Positions 23,043-32,000 of a DNA stretch of 32,000 bases are shown in pieces. The position numbers and the translations under genes were made by a program. Source of the stretch: Aliivibrio fischeri ES114 (GTDB taxonomy: Bacteria; Pseudomonadota; Gammaproteobacteria; Enterobacterales; Vibrionaceae). The notes beneath the pieces were generated by a model that was given only the letters and a program-made list of their open reading frames with translations, did no database searches and was not told where the DNA came from. Each line of letters opens with the position of its first letter. The first letter of the stretch is position 1. Location: assembly GCF_000011805.1 (NCBI RefSeq), contig NC_006841.2; one strand, written 5' to 3'.

Positions 23043-24286
23043 TGTTTTCACCGCTTTCTCTTTTTATCGGTAGCCGTTTTGCACGGGCGAAGCAACGAAA
23101 CAAAATGGTGTCGTTCATTTCTATCTCGTCTACTTTAGGTATTGCGATTGGCGTAGCCGTAATTATCATTGGTTTATCTGCCATGAATGGCTTTGAGCGT
23201 GAATTGCAAAATCGTGTTTTGTCCGTTATTCCGCATGCAGAGCTTGAGGGCGTAAAAAAACCAGTGACTGATTGGCAATCTATGATGATCCAAGCTAAAA
23301 AACACCCAAAAGTCACAGGGGCGGCACCTTATGTGCGTTTTACCGCTTTATTAGAAAGAGGCAGTAAATTAAAAGCAGTAGAAGTAAGAGGTGTTGAACC
23401 TTTACTTGAAAATTCTGTATCTAAATTACCTGAGTATATTGATAAAGCCGCTTGGAATGCGTTTGAGGCCAATAAACAAAGTGTGATTTTAGGTAAAGGC
23501 GTAGCGGATACACTTAATGTGAAAGTTGGGGATTGGATAACAGCGATGATCCCTGATGAGAATGCAGATAGGCAATTGCGTTCTCCAAAACGCCAGCGTT
23601 TACAAGTGGTGGGTTTACTTTCTCTTGGTGGACAAGTTGATCATGGCTTAGCTATTGTTCCTCTTAAGGATGCACAGCAATACATTAATTTAGGTGACAG
23701 TGTCACTGGTGTATCATTACAAGTAAGCAGTGTACTTAATGCTCAAGATATTGTACGTGAAGTGGGTGGTACATTAAGTGAATACGTGTATTTACGCAGT
23801 TGGATTCAAAAATACGGTTATTTGTATCGTGATATTCAATTAGTACGCTCCATTATGTATTTAGTCATGGTGCTCGTTATTGGGGTGGCGTGTTTTAATA
23901 TTGTATCCACTCTTATGATGGCGGTAAAAGATCGCGCTGGAGATATCGCGATTCTTCGTACCATGGGGGCTAACGATGGCCTGATTAAACGGATATTTGT
24001 TTGCCAAGGGATTTTCTCTGGCGTAACAGGGAGTATCGCAGGTTCTGTTTTAGGATCGGTAGTGGCATTGAATTTGACTCCAATGATTAAAGCGCTTGAA
24101 TCTCTTATTGGTCATCAGTTTTTATCTGGGGATATTTATTTTGTTGATTTTCTGCCGTCGCAATTGGTGTGGAGTGACGTGGCGATTGTCACATGTACTG
24201 CGATTTTATTAAGCAGTATTGCCACTTGGTATCCAGCTCGTAGAGCGAGTCGATTGCAACCAGCTGCAGTATTAAGCTCAAAATAA
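23042..24286 (+). CDS. lolE: Lipoprotein-releasing ABC transporter permease LolE
   Basis: SLFIGSRFARAKQRNKMVSFISISSTLGIAIGVAVIIIGLSAMNGFERELQNRVLSVIPHAE. Start codon overlaps the lolD stop (TAATG). Confidence 0.95.
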   Translation: MFSPLSLFIGSRFARAKQRNKMVSFISISSTLGIAIGVAVIIIGLSAMNGFERELQNRVLSVIPHAELEGVKKPVTDWQSMMIQAKKHPKVTGAAPYVRFTALLERGSKLKAVEVRGVEPLLENSVSKLPEYIDKAAWNAFEANKQSVILGKGVADTLNVKVGDWITAMIPDENADRQLRSPKRQRLQVVGLLSLGGQVDHGLAIVPLKDAQQYINLGDSVTGVSLQVSSVLNAQDIVREVGGTLSEYVYLRSWIQKYGYLYRDIQLVRSIMYLVMVLVIGVACFNIVSTLMMAVKDRAGDIAILRTMGANDGLIKRIFVCQGIFSGVTGSIAGSVLGSVVALNLTPMIKALESLIGHQFLSGDIYFVDFLPSQLVWSDVAIVTCTAILLSSIATWYPARRASRLQPAAVLSSK

Positions 24287-24308
24287 AATATAAGTTTTTA
24301 GTAAGATA

Positions 24309-24340
24309 AAGCCCTTAGATATATTCTGAGGGCTTTTTTT
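24309..24340 (+). terminator. Intrinsic terminator after lolE
   Basis: AAGCCCTTAG (24309-24318) / CTGAGGGCTT (24326-24335), one G-U wobble, followed by TTTTTTT. Confidence 0.88.
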
Positions 24341-24450
24341 ATGTGATTTAAAAATTCCTAACTATACTTATAGGATATTAAAACTAGGTATATAAGCAAT
24401 AAGGAAAGGCATTATAGAATTTAGTTAATTCATATTGATAGAGGTTAGAT

Positions 24451-25800
24451 ATGGATATACATGATAATAATCGTATTTCAATGTATGTTATTGGAAATGA
24501 TATTCCAATTAATTGTCAGGACCTTGATTTTATATATGTTAATAATTTAGATGAATTAACATTAGATTCTCCTTCAGTAATAATTTTAGCTTTAGAGCCT
24601 AAAAAACAGAATCAAGCATTACTATCCTTACATCAAGATTTTCCACTTTGGGATAGCCAAGTCTATGTTTTACAAGAGAGTACATTGACTGAATACCTAT
24701 CTGATGGCATTTTTGATCCCTTCAAAATTACAGCGCAATGGAAACAGCATCAAAGTAAATTATCTTTAATTGAAGAAGAACCAACAGACAAACTACTGGC
24801 GTGGTTATGGCTTGGGTTGGATCGACGTTTATTGCCTTTATGCCAAAGTGAGAAAAGAGAACTATATTATTATCCATTATTACATTGTTATTTTGGTGAG
24901 GATTATGAGCCTTATCATTATTTTCAATTAGAGGAAAAAAGAGGGTATTTAGAAAAGCTTAATACCGTAGATAAAATAAGATTATGCTCATCTTGTCATA
25001 GCGGACATTTAAATTACATCGAGACTTGCCCCGACTGTAAGAGTACAAACATCGAAGAGATATTATCTCTGCATTGTTTCACTTGTGGTCATGTGGGTAA
25101 AGAGCAACGTTTTGTTAAACAAGATAAACTGCAGTGCCCAAATTGTTTTACTAAGTTACGTCATATTGGTGTTGATTATGATAGACCGTTGGAGCGCTAT
25201 CAATGTCGAGATTGTCAGTTATCATTTTCAGAATCGGTAGTGAGAGTTCGATGTCTTTCTTGTTTCCATATGAATGAGACCAGTGAGTTAATAGCAAGGC
25301 CAATTAATCAATTTAAAGTGGGTGAGCAGGTTAAAGGTCTTATGATGTATGGTCGTCGACCGATAGAGCAAGAGCTCTCACTTAACGGTTTAATTGACCA
25401 AAATTCATTTCATAATTTGTTGGTATGGATAAATAAGCTAGCAATAAGACATGAACAGCACCATTTATTATTAGGGGTTCAATTATCTGGTATTGATAGC
25501 TACTCAAAAGAGTTTGGTGAGATAAAGCGGATACAGTTAATCGATGAAATATCATCTCATTTTAATGGGTTGCTGAGAGACACAGACATTTGCTGTCAAT
25601 ACAATTCAGAACTGATGTTACTTCTTATGCCAATGACACCAAGAAGTTCGCATAAAATTATGGAAGATAAAATCGCCAATATTGCCAGTGATATTGAGTC
25701 TGAACTGGTGACTCTTCATTTGTACATCTGGGAATTGCCTGACCCTTCATTGAGTAATAGTGCTTCAGTATGGTTAGCTGATTTGCTTAAGGATATATGA
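24451..25800 (+). CDS. Putative signalling protein: triple zinc-ribbon-like (TackOD1-like) region plus degenerate GGDEF-like domain
   Basis: Six CxxC motifs (CSSC, CPDC, CFTC, CPNC, CRDC, CLSC). The C-terminus LLGVQLSGIDSYSKEFGEIKRIQLIDEISSHFNGLLRDTDICCQYNSELMLLLMPM aligns by eye to the GGDEF fold with GGDEF replaced by NSELM. Good RBS (GAGG) before the ATG. Confidence 0.6.
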   Translation: MDIHDNNRISMYVIGNDIPINCQDLDFIYVNNLDELTLDSPSVIILALEPKKQNQALLSLHQDFPLWDSQVYVLQESTLTEYLSDGIFDPFKITAQWKQHQSKLSLIEEEPTDKLLAWLWLGLDRRLLPLCQSEKRELYYYPLLHCYFGEDYEPYHYFQLEEKRGYLEKLNTVDKIRLCSSCHSGHLNYIETCPDCKSTNIEEILSLHCFTCGHVGKEQRFVKQDKLQCPNCFTKLRHIGVDYDRPLERYQCRDCQLSFSESVVRVRCLSCFHMNETSELIARPINQFKVGEQVKGLMMYGRRPIEQELSLNGLIDQNSFHNLLVWINKLAIRHEQHHLLLGVQLSGIDSYSKEFGEIKRIQLIDEISSHFNGLLRDTDICCQYNSELMLLLMPMTPRSSHKIMEDKIANIASDIESELVTLHLYIWELPDPSLSNSASVWLADLLKDI

Positions 25801-27112
25801 TGGCTGAATTTCAATATATTCTTTATTTAATAACCGGTACGTTGACGACATATTGGGAGTTAATGCTAACTTTTTTGCCTATATTATTGCTTGTTGAAGT
25901 CCCGCTTTTATTGCTCATTTTTATTGGTATTTTGCATTGGTCATGGGGAGCGAATGAAGTCAGGAAACATGAACATCCATCAATCAGTTTTATTGTTACC
26001 TGTTATGCAGAAGGTAAAGAGATAGAAAAAACCATTGCTACTTTGGTTGAGCAAATCTATCCAAACCACATTGAAATCTTAGTTGTGATTGATGGTGCTA
26101 AAGAGAATAAAGAGACGTATAGAACAGCTATATCTTTGATTAAAAATACAAAAATATACCGAATAAGACCATTAAAATTCTTCCTAAATGGCAACGTGGT
26201 GGACGTGTATCGACTCTTAATGCCGGGCTATCAGAAGCAAAATATGAATTGGTTATCAATGTGGATGGAGACACCTCTTTTGATAACAATATGGCGCTTA
26301 AAATGGCGCGAACATTTGCAAATCCTAATGTTATTGCTTGTGGAGGTGCGTTAAGGGTAAGAAATCGAGAGAGCAGTTTCTGGACAAAAATGCAGTCACT
26401 CGAATATATGATGTCGATGCAGAGCAGTAAAACAGGAATGGCAACATGGGGCTTATTGAATAATATTTCTGGTGCATTTGGTGGTTTTAGACGTTCGGTA
26501 TTGAAACAGGTCGGTGGCTGGAATACACATACAGCAGAAGACCTCGATTTAACGATTCGTTTAAAACAATACAAAAAACGATACCCAGGAACTCGGCTTA
26601 ACTTTTCCCCTAGAGCGATTGGACATACTGATGTACCAGATACATTTAAAGGTTTAATGAGCCAAAGATTACGTTGGGATGGCGATCTTCTGTTTGTGTA
26701 TTTACGAAAACATAAACATGGGTTACGCCCAAAATTGTATGGATGGGGAAGTTTTGGTTACACCTTAGTTTATGGTGTTTTACAAGCTGTATTATTACCG
26801 GTATTAATGACACTGTTTAATTTTTATATATTTATATTTTATCCAACAACAGTGGTTCTCGCAGTCCTAAGCTGTTTATACGTCATTTATTTGGTATTCA
26901 TTGCCATGACCTTTCTTATCTATCTCAGCTTGATTTCCGAACGGATCCAAGAAGACCGTGAAATGCTTTTATGGTTATTGATATATCCATTCTATGCATT
27001 GTTTATGCGGTTTGTTACTGCATTTGCCATGATAAATGAAATTGTTAGACGAAGTCATGAGGAGTCAAGCATGGCTCCATGGTGGGTACTCAAACGTGGT
27101 AAGAGGTTTTAA
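25797..27112 (+). CDS. Processive family 2 glycosyltransferase, interrupted by an apparent 1-nt frameshift (25797..about 26146 in frame 3, about 26144..27112 in frame 2)
   Basis: The N-terminal part has a TM segment and SFIVTCYAEGKEIEKTIATLVEQIYPNHIEILVVIDG. The other frame continues with ILPKWQRGGRVSTLNAGLSEAKYELVINVDGDTSFDN (DxD), AEDLDLTIRL and QRLRW (QxxRW), then C-terminal TM helices. The start ATG overlaps the upstream TGA. Confidence 0.85.
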
Positions 27113-27117
27113 CGATT

Positions 27118-28164
27118 ATGGATGTTAAATTTCATTTAGAAAAAAAGAATAAACCGACCTCAGACAACGGTATGAAAGTGTTGTATGGAATGGAAAAACG
27201 TGGAGCGTATCGTTTTCGATGGTATCTGATACTGGCTATTATTCTTAGTCCTATATTTTTTATGATTTACACCTTTGCAAAACAACATTTATTTACTGTA
27301 GCTCCTGGAATAATCACCACAGGGCCTGTGATCATCACAGCATCTCAAAATGGAACAGTAAAGTTAATTGATGTGAAAGACAGTGAATTTGTTTTGGAAG
27401 ATCAATTGCTAATGGAATTAGATGCGCCCATTTTAGAGCAAGAAATTGAATTTATAGAAAATGAATTAGAGCAATTATACCAAGAGCAAACGCAAAAAAT
27501 TACAGAAGATTTTGGTCCGTATATTAGTGCGATTGGAGCTGCAAAGCTTAATTTAAAAAAGATAACGAAAATCAAAGTCAATTATGATCAATACGCAAAA
27601 GAGGGGAAAGTATCCCAAGTGGATTATGCCGCAATTGTTGGTATTTATAACACCGCACAAAATAATCTTACTAATGCTTATATCGCATTGAATCAAGCTG
27701 AAATCGCACAAAAGCAACGCCTATTGGCTGGCGGTGTTGCTCAAGTTACTCGTGAATTAAACCAAGCATTAACAACGAAAAAAAATCAACTTGATGCATT
27801 GTCAATTAGAGCTCCGTATATGGGATTGGTGATTGATATTAATGCCTTGAAAGGACAACAAATTAGCATTGGGGATCCACTGGTCACTGTATCACCAGAT
27901 GTTGCTCCTTATGTCATTAGTTATTTAGACCCTAAGCACATTGAAAAAGCAAAACTAGGAGCATTAGTAACGGTTAAACTTCCTAATGGTAAAAAAGTAG
28001 AGGCGAGAGTGTCATCTGCCATAGGTTTAACCTCAAAACTTCCTATTCAGTTAGCAAAACCTTTTGAAGGTGCTAAAGCTTTACTCAAGGTTAAAATTAC
28101 ATTTTTAGGGGGGGTATTAGAAAAAGAGTGGGTAGAAGGCATGCCGGTAGAGGTGTATTTTTAG
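27118..28164 (+). CDS. HlyD/Alg44-like membrane-fusion (periplasmic adaptor) protein
   Basis: Single N-terminal TM (RWYLILAIILSPIFFMIYTF), split lipoyl-like halves (GPVIITASQNGTVKLIDVKDSEFVLEDQLLMELD ... LSIRAPYMGLVIDINALKGQQISIGDPLVTVSP), and a coiled coil between them. Confidence 0.85.
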   Translation: MDVKFHLEKKNKPTSDNGMKVLYGMEKRGAYRFRWYLILAIILSPIFFMIYTFAKQHLFTVAPGIITTGPVIITASQNGTVKLIDVKDSEFVLEDQLLMELDAPILEQEIEFIENELEQLYQEQTQKITEDFGPYISAIGAAKLNLKKITKIKVNYDQYAKEGKVSQVDYAAIVGIYNTAQNNLTNAYIALNQAEIAQKQRLLAGGVAQVTRELNQALTTKKNQLDALSIRAPYMGLVIDINALKGQQISIGDPLVTVSPDVAPYVISYLDPKHIEKAKLGALVTVKLPNGKKVEARVSSAIGLTSKLPIQLAKPFEGAKALLKVKITFLGGVLEKEWVEGMPVEVYF

Positions 28165-28301
28165 TATTTTTATTAAGTTAGTATAATTAATGAACAACGT
28201 TAGTTTTTACCTATCAATACAATAACTAAAACTGATTAGTAATAAAGAGAAGTTGTTCTTATTATACAGAGATACTTTGCTGTGTATCGGATAGAAAAAT
28301 A

Positions 28302-29804
28302 ATGACAATTTCGGACAACAATACCATCGTAATTTTTGGCGCTTCGGGCGATCTCACTTATCGAAAGTTGATCCCGGCTTTATATCATTTGTATGCCAGT
28401 AACCAACTTCCTTCTACGTTTTCCATTTTAGGTGTAAGCCGAACTCAATATGATGACGAGTCATATAGAGAAAAAATGAAACAATCATTAAGAGAGTTAG
28501 AGAAAACGGAACCTGAAATTTTAGATGCGTTTTGTCATCATTTGCATTACCAAGCACTGAACACATCAGATGTTGATGAATATTCAAAATTGGTGTGTAA
28601 ATTAGACCAGCTTGCTGATAAATACCAATTAGAACAACAAAATACACTTTTTTACTTGGCAACACCGCCAAGTCTTTATGGTGTGATCCCTTCGTGTTTA
28701 GCCGCTCATGGATTAAATGATGAATCTAATGGCTGGAAACGTTTAATCATCGAAAAACCATTTGGTTATGATTTGGCGTCAGCGCTAGAACTTGGTAAAC
28801 AAATTCATCAATATTTTGAAGAGCATCAAATATATCGTATTGACCATTATCTTGGTAAAGAAACCGTTCAAAACTTATTAGTACTGCGTTTTTCAAATGT
28901 AATGTTTGAACCTCTGTGGAACCGTAATTTTATTGATTATGTCGAGATCACAGGCTCTGAGTTTCTTGGAGTAGAAGAGCGTGGTGGTTACTATGATGGC
29001 TCTGGTGCAATGCGTGATATGTTCCAAAATCATTTGCTACAAGTATTAGCAATGGTTGGAATGGAATCGCCTTCAGCAATTAATGCAGATTCAATGCGTG
29101 ATGAGATTGCTAAAGTATTACAAAGCCTGCAGCCTCTGACAGAGCAAGATCTACGTAATAACCTTGTATTAGGTCAATATACTGAATCTGAAGTAAGAGG
29201 ACAGTTTTTACCAAGTTATCGTGATGAACAGGGTGTTGCTGATGATTCTCGTACTGAAACGTATGTTGGCTTAAAAATGTTTATCAATAACTGGCGATGG
29301 AATGGTGTGCCATTTTATGTCCGTACTGGTAAACGCCTTCCAACTCGAGTGACAGAAGTGGTTGTCCATTTTAAAAAGACGCCACATCCAGCGTTTGCAG
29401 AAAATGCTCCTGAAAATAAATTAGTGATACGCATTCAACCTGACGAAGGTATTCAAATGCGTTTCGGCTTGAAAGAGCCAGGTTCAGGCTTTAATGTGAA
29501 AGATGTATCAATGGACTTCCATTATCAATCACTGGCAGAAACACAAATGCTGACAGCTTATGAACGTTTGCTGTTAGATGCGTTGAATGGTGATGCTACG
29601 TTATTTGCACGAAGTGATGCGGTAAATGCATGTTGGAAATTTGTTCAACCGATACTCGATTTTAAACAAGATCCACAAGCCTTATTTGGCTATGCATGTG
29701 GTACTTGGGGACCAAAAGAAGCCGATCAATTATTGGAACGTGATAATAGAAAATGGCGTTTTCCTTGTAAGAACTTAACAGATACGGATTACTGTGAATT
29801 ATGA
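28302..29804 (+). CDS. zwf: Glucose-6-phosphate 1-dehydrogenase
   Basis: NAD(P)-binding [18 protein letters not shown] and active-site motif [21 protein letters not shown]. Confidence 0.98.
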   Translation: MTISDNNTIVIFGASGDLTYRKLIPALYHLYASNQLPSTFSILGVSRTQYDDESYREKMKQSLRELEKTEPEILDAFCHHLHYQALNTSDVDEYSKLVCKLDQLADKYQLEQQNTLFYLATPPSLYGVIPSCLAAHGLNDESNGWKRLIIEKPFGYDLASALELGKQIHQYFEEHQIYRIDHYLGKETVQNLLVLRFSNVMFEPLWNRNFIDYVEITGSEFLGVEERGGYYDGSGAMRDMFQNHLLQVLAMVGMESPSAINADSMRDEIAKVLQSLQPLTEQDLRNNLVLGQYTESEVRGQFLPSYRDEQGVADDSRTETYVGLKMFINNWRWNGVPFYVRTGKRLPTRVTEVVVHFKKTPHPAFAENAPENKLVIRIQPDEGIQMRFGLKEPGSGFNVKDVSMDFHYQSLAETQMLTAYERLLLDALNGDATLFARSDAVNACWKFVQPILDFKQDPQALFGYACGTWGPKEADQLLERDNRKWRFPCKNLTDTDYCEL

Positions 29805-30523
29805 TTAACCATAAAATATTTGAAACACCACAAGATGTAGTGACAACGCTAGCGGATGAGCTAAAGCAATTAGGTGAGCAAGGAAAACCTGTTCACATTT
29901 CATTATCCGGTGGTAGCACACCAAAGATGCTTTTTTCACTTTTAGCATCAGAGGCTTATGCTAAAAATATTCAATGGAATAATCTTCATTTTTGGTGGGG
30001 GGATGAGCGTTGCGTTACTCCTACTGATCCTGAAAGTAATTATGGAGAAGCAAATGAATTATTGTTCTCTCGTATTGATATTCCGTTAGAAAATATTCAC
30101 CGTATTGAAGGCGAAAATGAACCTTTGGAAGAAGTGAATCGCTTCTCTAACGAGATGAGAGAATTGATTCCGTTAGAAGATGGGATCCCAGTTTTTGATT
30201 GGATTTTATTAGGCGTAGGAGCAGATGGCCATACTGCATCATTATTTCCTAATAAGACAGATTATAACGATACAAACTTAGCCGTTATTGCGACTCACCC
30301 AGAGTCAGGTCAACAAAGAGTATCGAAGACAGCAAAAGTATTAGAAGCAGCTAAACGTATTAGCTATCTAGTGTTAGGTAGTGGTAAAGCTGAAATTGTT
30401 CAAGAAATTCATACTAAACCAGCAAATGAGTTGCCATACCCGGCAGCAAAAATTCACTCAACATTGGGTGAAACTGAATGGTTTTTAGATATAGATGCAG
30501 CGGCTCGCATTATTAATAAATAG
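29801..30523 (+). CDS. pgl: 6-phosphogluconolactonase
   Basis: [53 protein letters not shown] overlap with zwf. Confidence 0.95.
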   Translation: MINHKIFETPQDVVTTLADELKQLGEQGKPVHISLSGGSTPKMLFSLLASEAYAKNIQWNNLHFWWGDERCVTPTDPESNYGEANELLFSRIDIPLENIHRIEGENEPLEEVNRFSNEMRELIPLEDGIPVFDWILLGVGADGHTASLFPNKTDYNDTNLAVIATHPESGQQRVSKTAKVLEAAKRISYLVLGSGKAEIVQEIHTKPANELPYPAAKIHSTLGETEWFLDIDAAARIINK

Positions 30524-30559
30524 AAGTTCGAGCATAACGCAAATTTTTGGAGTAAAGAT

Positions 30560-32000
30560 ATGAAAGGCGATATTGGCGTAATTGGTCTTGCAGTAATGGG
30601 CCAGAACCTAATTCTAAATATGAACGATCACGGTTATAAAGTGGTAGCACATAACCGAACTGCTGAAAAAGTAGATGAGTTCTTACAAGGTCCTGCAAAA
30701 GGGACAAATATTGTTGGTGCATATTCGCTTCAAGAGTTAGTTGATAAATTAGAATCACCACGCAAAATTATGTTAATGGTACGAGCTGGTGATGTTGTTG
30801 ATTCATTTATCGACAAGTTGGTTCCTTTATTAGATAAAGGTGACATCATCATTGATGGTGGTAATACAAATTTCCCAGATACTAACCGTCGTGTTGCTGC
30901 GCTGAAAGAGAAAGGAATTCACTTTATTGGTTCTGGTGTTTCTGGTGGTGAAGAAGGTGCTCGTTTTGGTCCTTCAATTATGCCTGGAGGTTCACCTGAA
31001 GCATGGCCATTTGTTAAACCAATTTTCCAAGCTATTTCAGCGAAAACTGAAAATAATGAGCCTTGTTGTGATTGGGTTGGTAACGATGGTGCTGGCCACT
31101 TTGTAAAAATGGTTCATAACGGCATTGAATATGGCGATATGCAGCTTATCACAGAAGCATACCAGTTCATGAAAGACGGCCTTGGTATGACGCACGATGA
31201 AATGCAGTCTGTTTTTATTGAGTGGAATAAAACCGAGCTAAATAGTTATTTAGTAGAAATCACTTCAGATATCTTAGGTTATAAAGATACAGATGGTGAA
31301 CCATTAGTAGAAAAAATTCTTGATACTGCTGGCCAAAAAGGCACAGGTAAGTGGACAGGAATTAATGCATTAGATATGGGTATCCCATTAACGCTAATTA
31401 CAGAATCTGTATTTGCACGCTGTTTATCATCATTAAAAGATCAACGTGTAGAGGCTGAAGAGTTATTTGGTAAGAAAGAATCGATTGTTGAAGGTGATAA
31501 ACAAGTTTGGATAGAAGCATTACGCCAAGCACTTTTAGCATCGAAAATCATCTCATATGCACAAGGCTTTATGTTGATGCGTGAAGCGTCAAACGAGAAT
31601 GGTTGGGATCTAAATTACGGTAACGTGGCATTGATGTGGCGTGGTGGTTGTATTATCCGTTCTGCATTCTTAAGTAATATTCGTGATGCGTACGATATTG
31701 ATCCTGAACTTTCCTTTTTAGGTTCAGATAGCTACTTCAAAGGTATTCTAGAAAATAGTATGTCTGCATGGAGAAAAGTAGCAGCAAAATCAATGGAAGT
31801 AGGGATCCCAATGCCATCAATGACATCAGCATTGACTTTCCTTGATGGTTATACAACAGCTCGTCTTCCTGCAAACTTACTGCAAGCACAACGTGATTAT
31901 TTTGGTGCTCATACTTACGAGCGTGTAGATAAACCAAAAGGTGAGTTTTTCCATACGAATTGGACAGGTAAAGGCGGTGATGTATCATCGACAACGTATA
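30560..32000 (+). CDS. gnd: 6-phosphogluconate dehydrogenase (decarboxylating), 3'-truncated by the window edge
   Basis: Translated by eye: MKGDIGVIGLAVMGQNLILNMNDHGYKVVAHNRT...SGVSGGEEGARFGPSIMPGG...KWTGINALDMG...GDVSSTTY, open to base 32000. Absent from the ORF track because no stop lies in the window. RBS-like TGGAG upstream. Confidence 0.97.
   Translation, partial: MKGDIGVIGLAVMGQNLILNMNDHGYKVVAHNRTAEKVDEFLQGPAKGTNIVGAYSLQELVDKLESPRKIMLMVRAGDVVDSFIDKLVPLLDKGDIIIDGGNTNFPDTNRRVAALKEKGIHFIGSGVSGGEEGARFGPSIMPGGSPEAWPFVKPIFQAISAKTENNEPCCDWVGNDGAGHFVKMVHNGIEYGDMQLITEAYQFMKDGLGMTHDEMQSVFIEWNKTELNSYLVEITSDILGYKDTDGEPLVEKILDTAGQKGTGKWTGINALDMGIPLTLITESVFARCLSSLKDQRVEAEELFGKKESIVEGDKQVWIEALRQALLASKIISYAQGFMLMREASNENGWDLNYGNVALMWRGGCIIRSAFLSNIRDAYDIDPELSFLGSDSYFKGILENSMSAWRKVAAKSMEVGIPMPSMTSALTFLDGYTTARLPANLLQAQRDYFGAHTYERVDKPKGEFFHTNWTGKGGDVSSTTY

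Noticed and set aside
26140-26574. 144-aa minus-strand ORF across the frameshift region
   Set aside because: Antisense to conserved GT2 motifs, with no recognisable domain. Treated as a shadow ORF.
26249-27112. A separate 287-aa glycosyltransferase gene starting at TTG 26249
   Set aside because: Conserved GT2 residues lie upstream of this start in the same open frame, and the N-terminal domain sits in the overlapping ORF. It is better explained as one gene with a frameshift.
28192-28258. GAACAAC ... GTTGTTC inverted repeat upstream of zwf as a riboswitch or regulatory stem
   Set aside because: Only 7 bp with a loop of more than 50 nt in AT-rich DNA. Chance occurrence is likely without conservation data.

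Overview
The window is AT-rich gammaproteobacterial chromosome, and its gene content and order look like Vibrionaceae (Aliivibrio/Vibrio-like, by inference). In order it contains: the 3' part of a CusA/CzcA-type RND pump with a Met/His-rich cupredoxin; two tandem paralogous chemoreceptors; a DUF2164-like small protein; a histidine-utilisation block (hutI-hutG-hutU-hutH plus hutC); a methyltransferase; a DsbA-like lipoprotein with a membrane-anchored FKBP; csiV-like, mfd and a PilZ-like gene; lolCDE; a three-gene cassette; and zwf-pgl-gnd, with gnd running off the right edge and missing from the ORF track. The most interesting region is the cassette at 24451-28164. It encodes (i) a protein with six CxxC motifs and a degenerate GGDEF-like C-terminus, (ii) a processive family 2 glycosyltransferase split across two frames by an apparent 1-nt frameshift near short A-runs, and (iii) a HlyD/Alg44-like membrane-fusion protein. 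This is a candidate exopolysaccharide synthesis/export module with a nucleotide-signalling flavour. No CRISPR array, tRNA, rRNA or clear mobile element was recognised. All family assignments come from motif reading and recall; no database search was run.
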